From positions 1 through 25,355 of IMG/VR virus record IMGVR_UViG_3300020409_000071: DNA of 25,355 nucleotides; one strand, 5' to 3'. The translations under genes were made by a program, and so were the position numbers. The notes beneath the pieces were generated by a model. That model searched no databases, was not told the origin of the DNA, and saw only the letters and a list, made by a program, of their open reading frames with translations. Origin of the DNA: a virus. Taxonomy: Duplodnaviria; Caudoviricetes. Below, in pieces: positions 25,100 to 25,355 of this stretch (the first letter of the stretch is position 1; the number at the start of each line of letters is the position of its first letter).

Positions 25100-25282
25100 T
25101 TATTCTCCTTTAAGTTTTTCTTTTAGTATACGTATTATTGATAGTTGACCAGCTCTATAAGATATTTCTTTCTCTGATAGGGTGTGGTCTGGAAACTTGT
25201 CTGGGAACTGTTCATCCAGCTCATCAACGATAAGTTGGATACGTCCCCAATCAAGCGTACTTGGGTAAATTGGTGTTGGCAT
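25100..25282 (-). CDS. Hypothetical protein (60 aa)
   Basis: ATG at 25282 gives MPTPIYPSTLDWGRIQLIVDELDEQFPDKFP...ISYRAGQLSIIRILKEKL. Preferred over the track's TTG at 25324, which lies deeper inside the upstream ORF. Confidence 0.75.
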   Translation of the reverse strand: MPTPIYPSTLDWGRIQLIVDELDEQFPDKFPDHTLSEKEISYRAGQLSIIRILKEKLKGE

Positions 25283-25355
25283 GTTCAAAAAATGCGGGCA
25301 TGCGGGCTCGCTTAGTGTCGGCAAGCTGTGGAGCTTTACCTTCGTACATGAGACG
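25251..25355 (-). CDS. C-terminal fragment of an upstream gene (truncated by window edge)
   Basis: Open frame from the edge: RLMYEGKAPQLADTKRARMPAFFEHANTNLPKYA, with TGA at 25251-25253. Product not identifiable. Confidence 0.6.
   Translation of the reverse strand, partial: RLMYEGKAPQLADTKRARMPAFFEHANTNLPKYA

Overview
The window is the virion-morphogenesis arm of a T7-like marine cyanopodovirus (Autographiviridae-type, P-SSP7-like gene order), with every credible gene on the minus strand. In transcription order (right to left) it holds a truncated ORF, two small ORFs, portal (gp8), scaffold (gp9), an accessory island, major capsid (gp10) with an intrinsic terminator, tail tubular A/B (gp11/gp12), the gp13-gp16 internal virion/ejection proteins, two tail fibres, and four small membrane or signal-peptide ORFs. 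The island between scaffold and capsid is the richest part, and the ORF track misses six of its nine ORFs. It contains five translationally coupled Lys/Arg-rich mini-proteins, an hli gene, and a 2OG-Fe(II) oxygenase with H-x-N instead of H-x-D, sitting where related phages carry psbA. These are followed by a glutamine-II (Downstream-peptide) riboswitch ahead of a 17-aa YRG peptide coupled to a 43-aa membrane peptide, and then a highly structured capsid leader. Also notable are an ADP-ribosyltransferase-like domain inside the gp16 ejection protein and a cupredoxin-like (H...C-x2-H-x3-M) module in tail fibre gp17. All family calls come from motif recognition and synteny; no database search was run.
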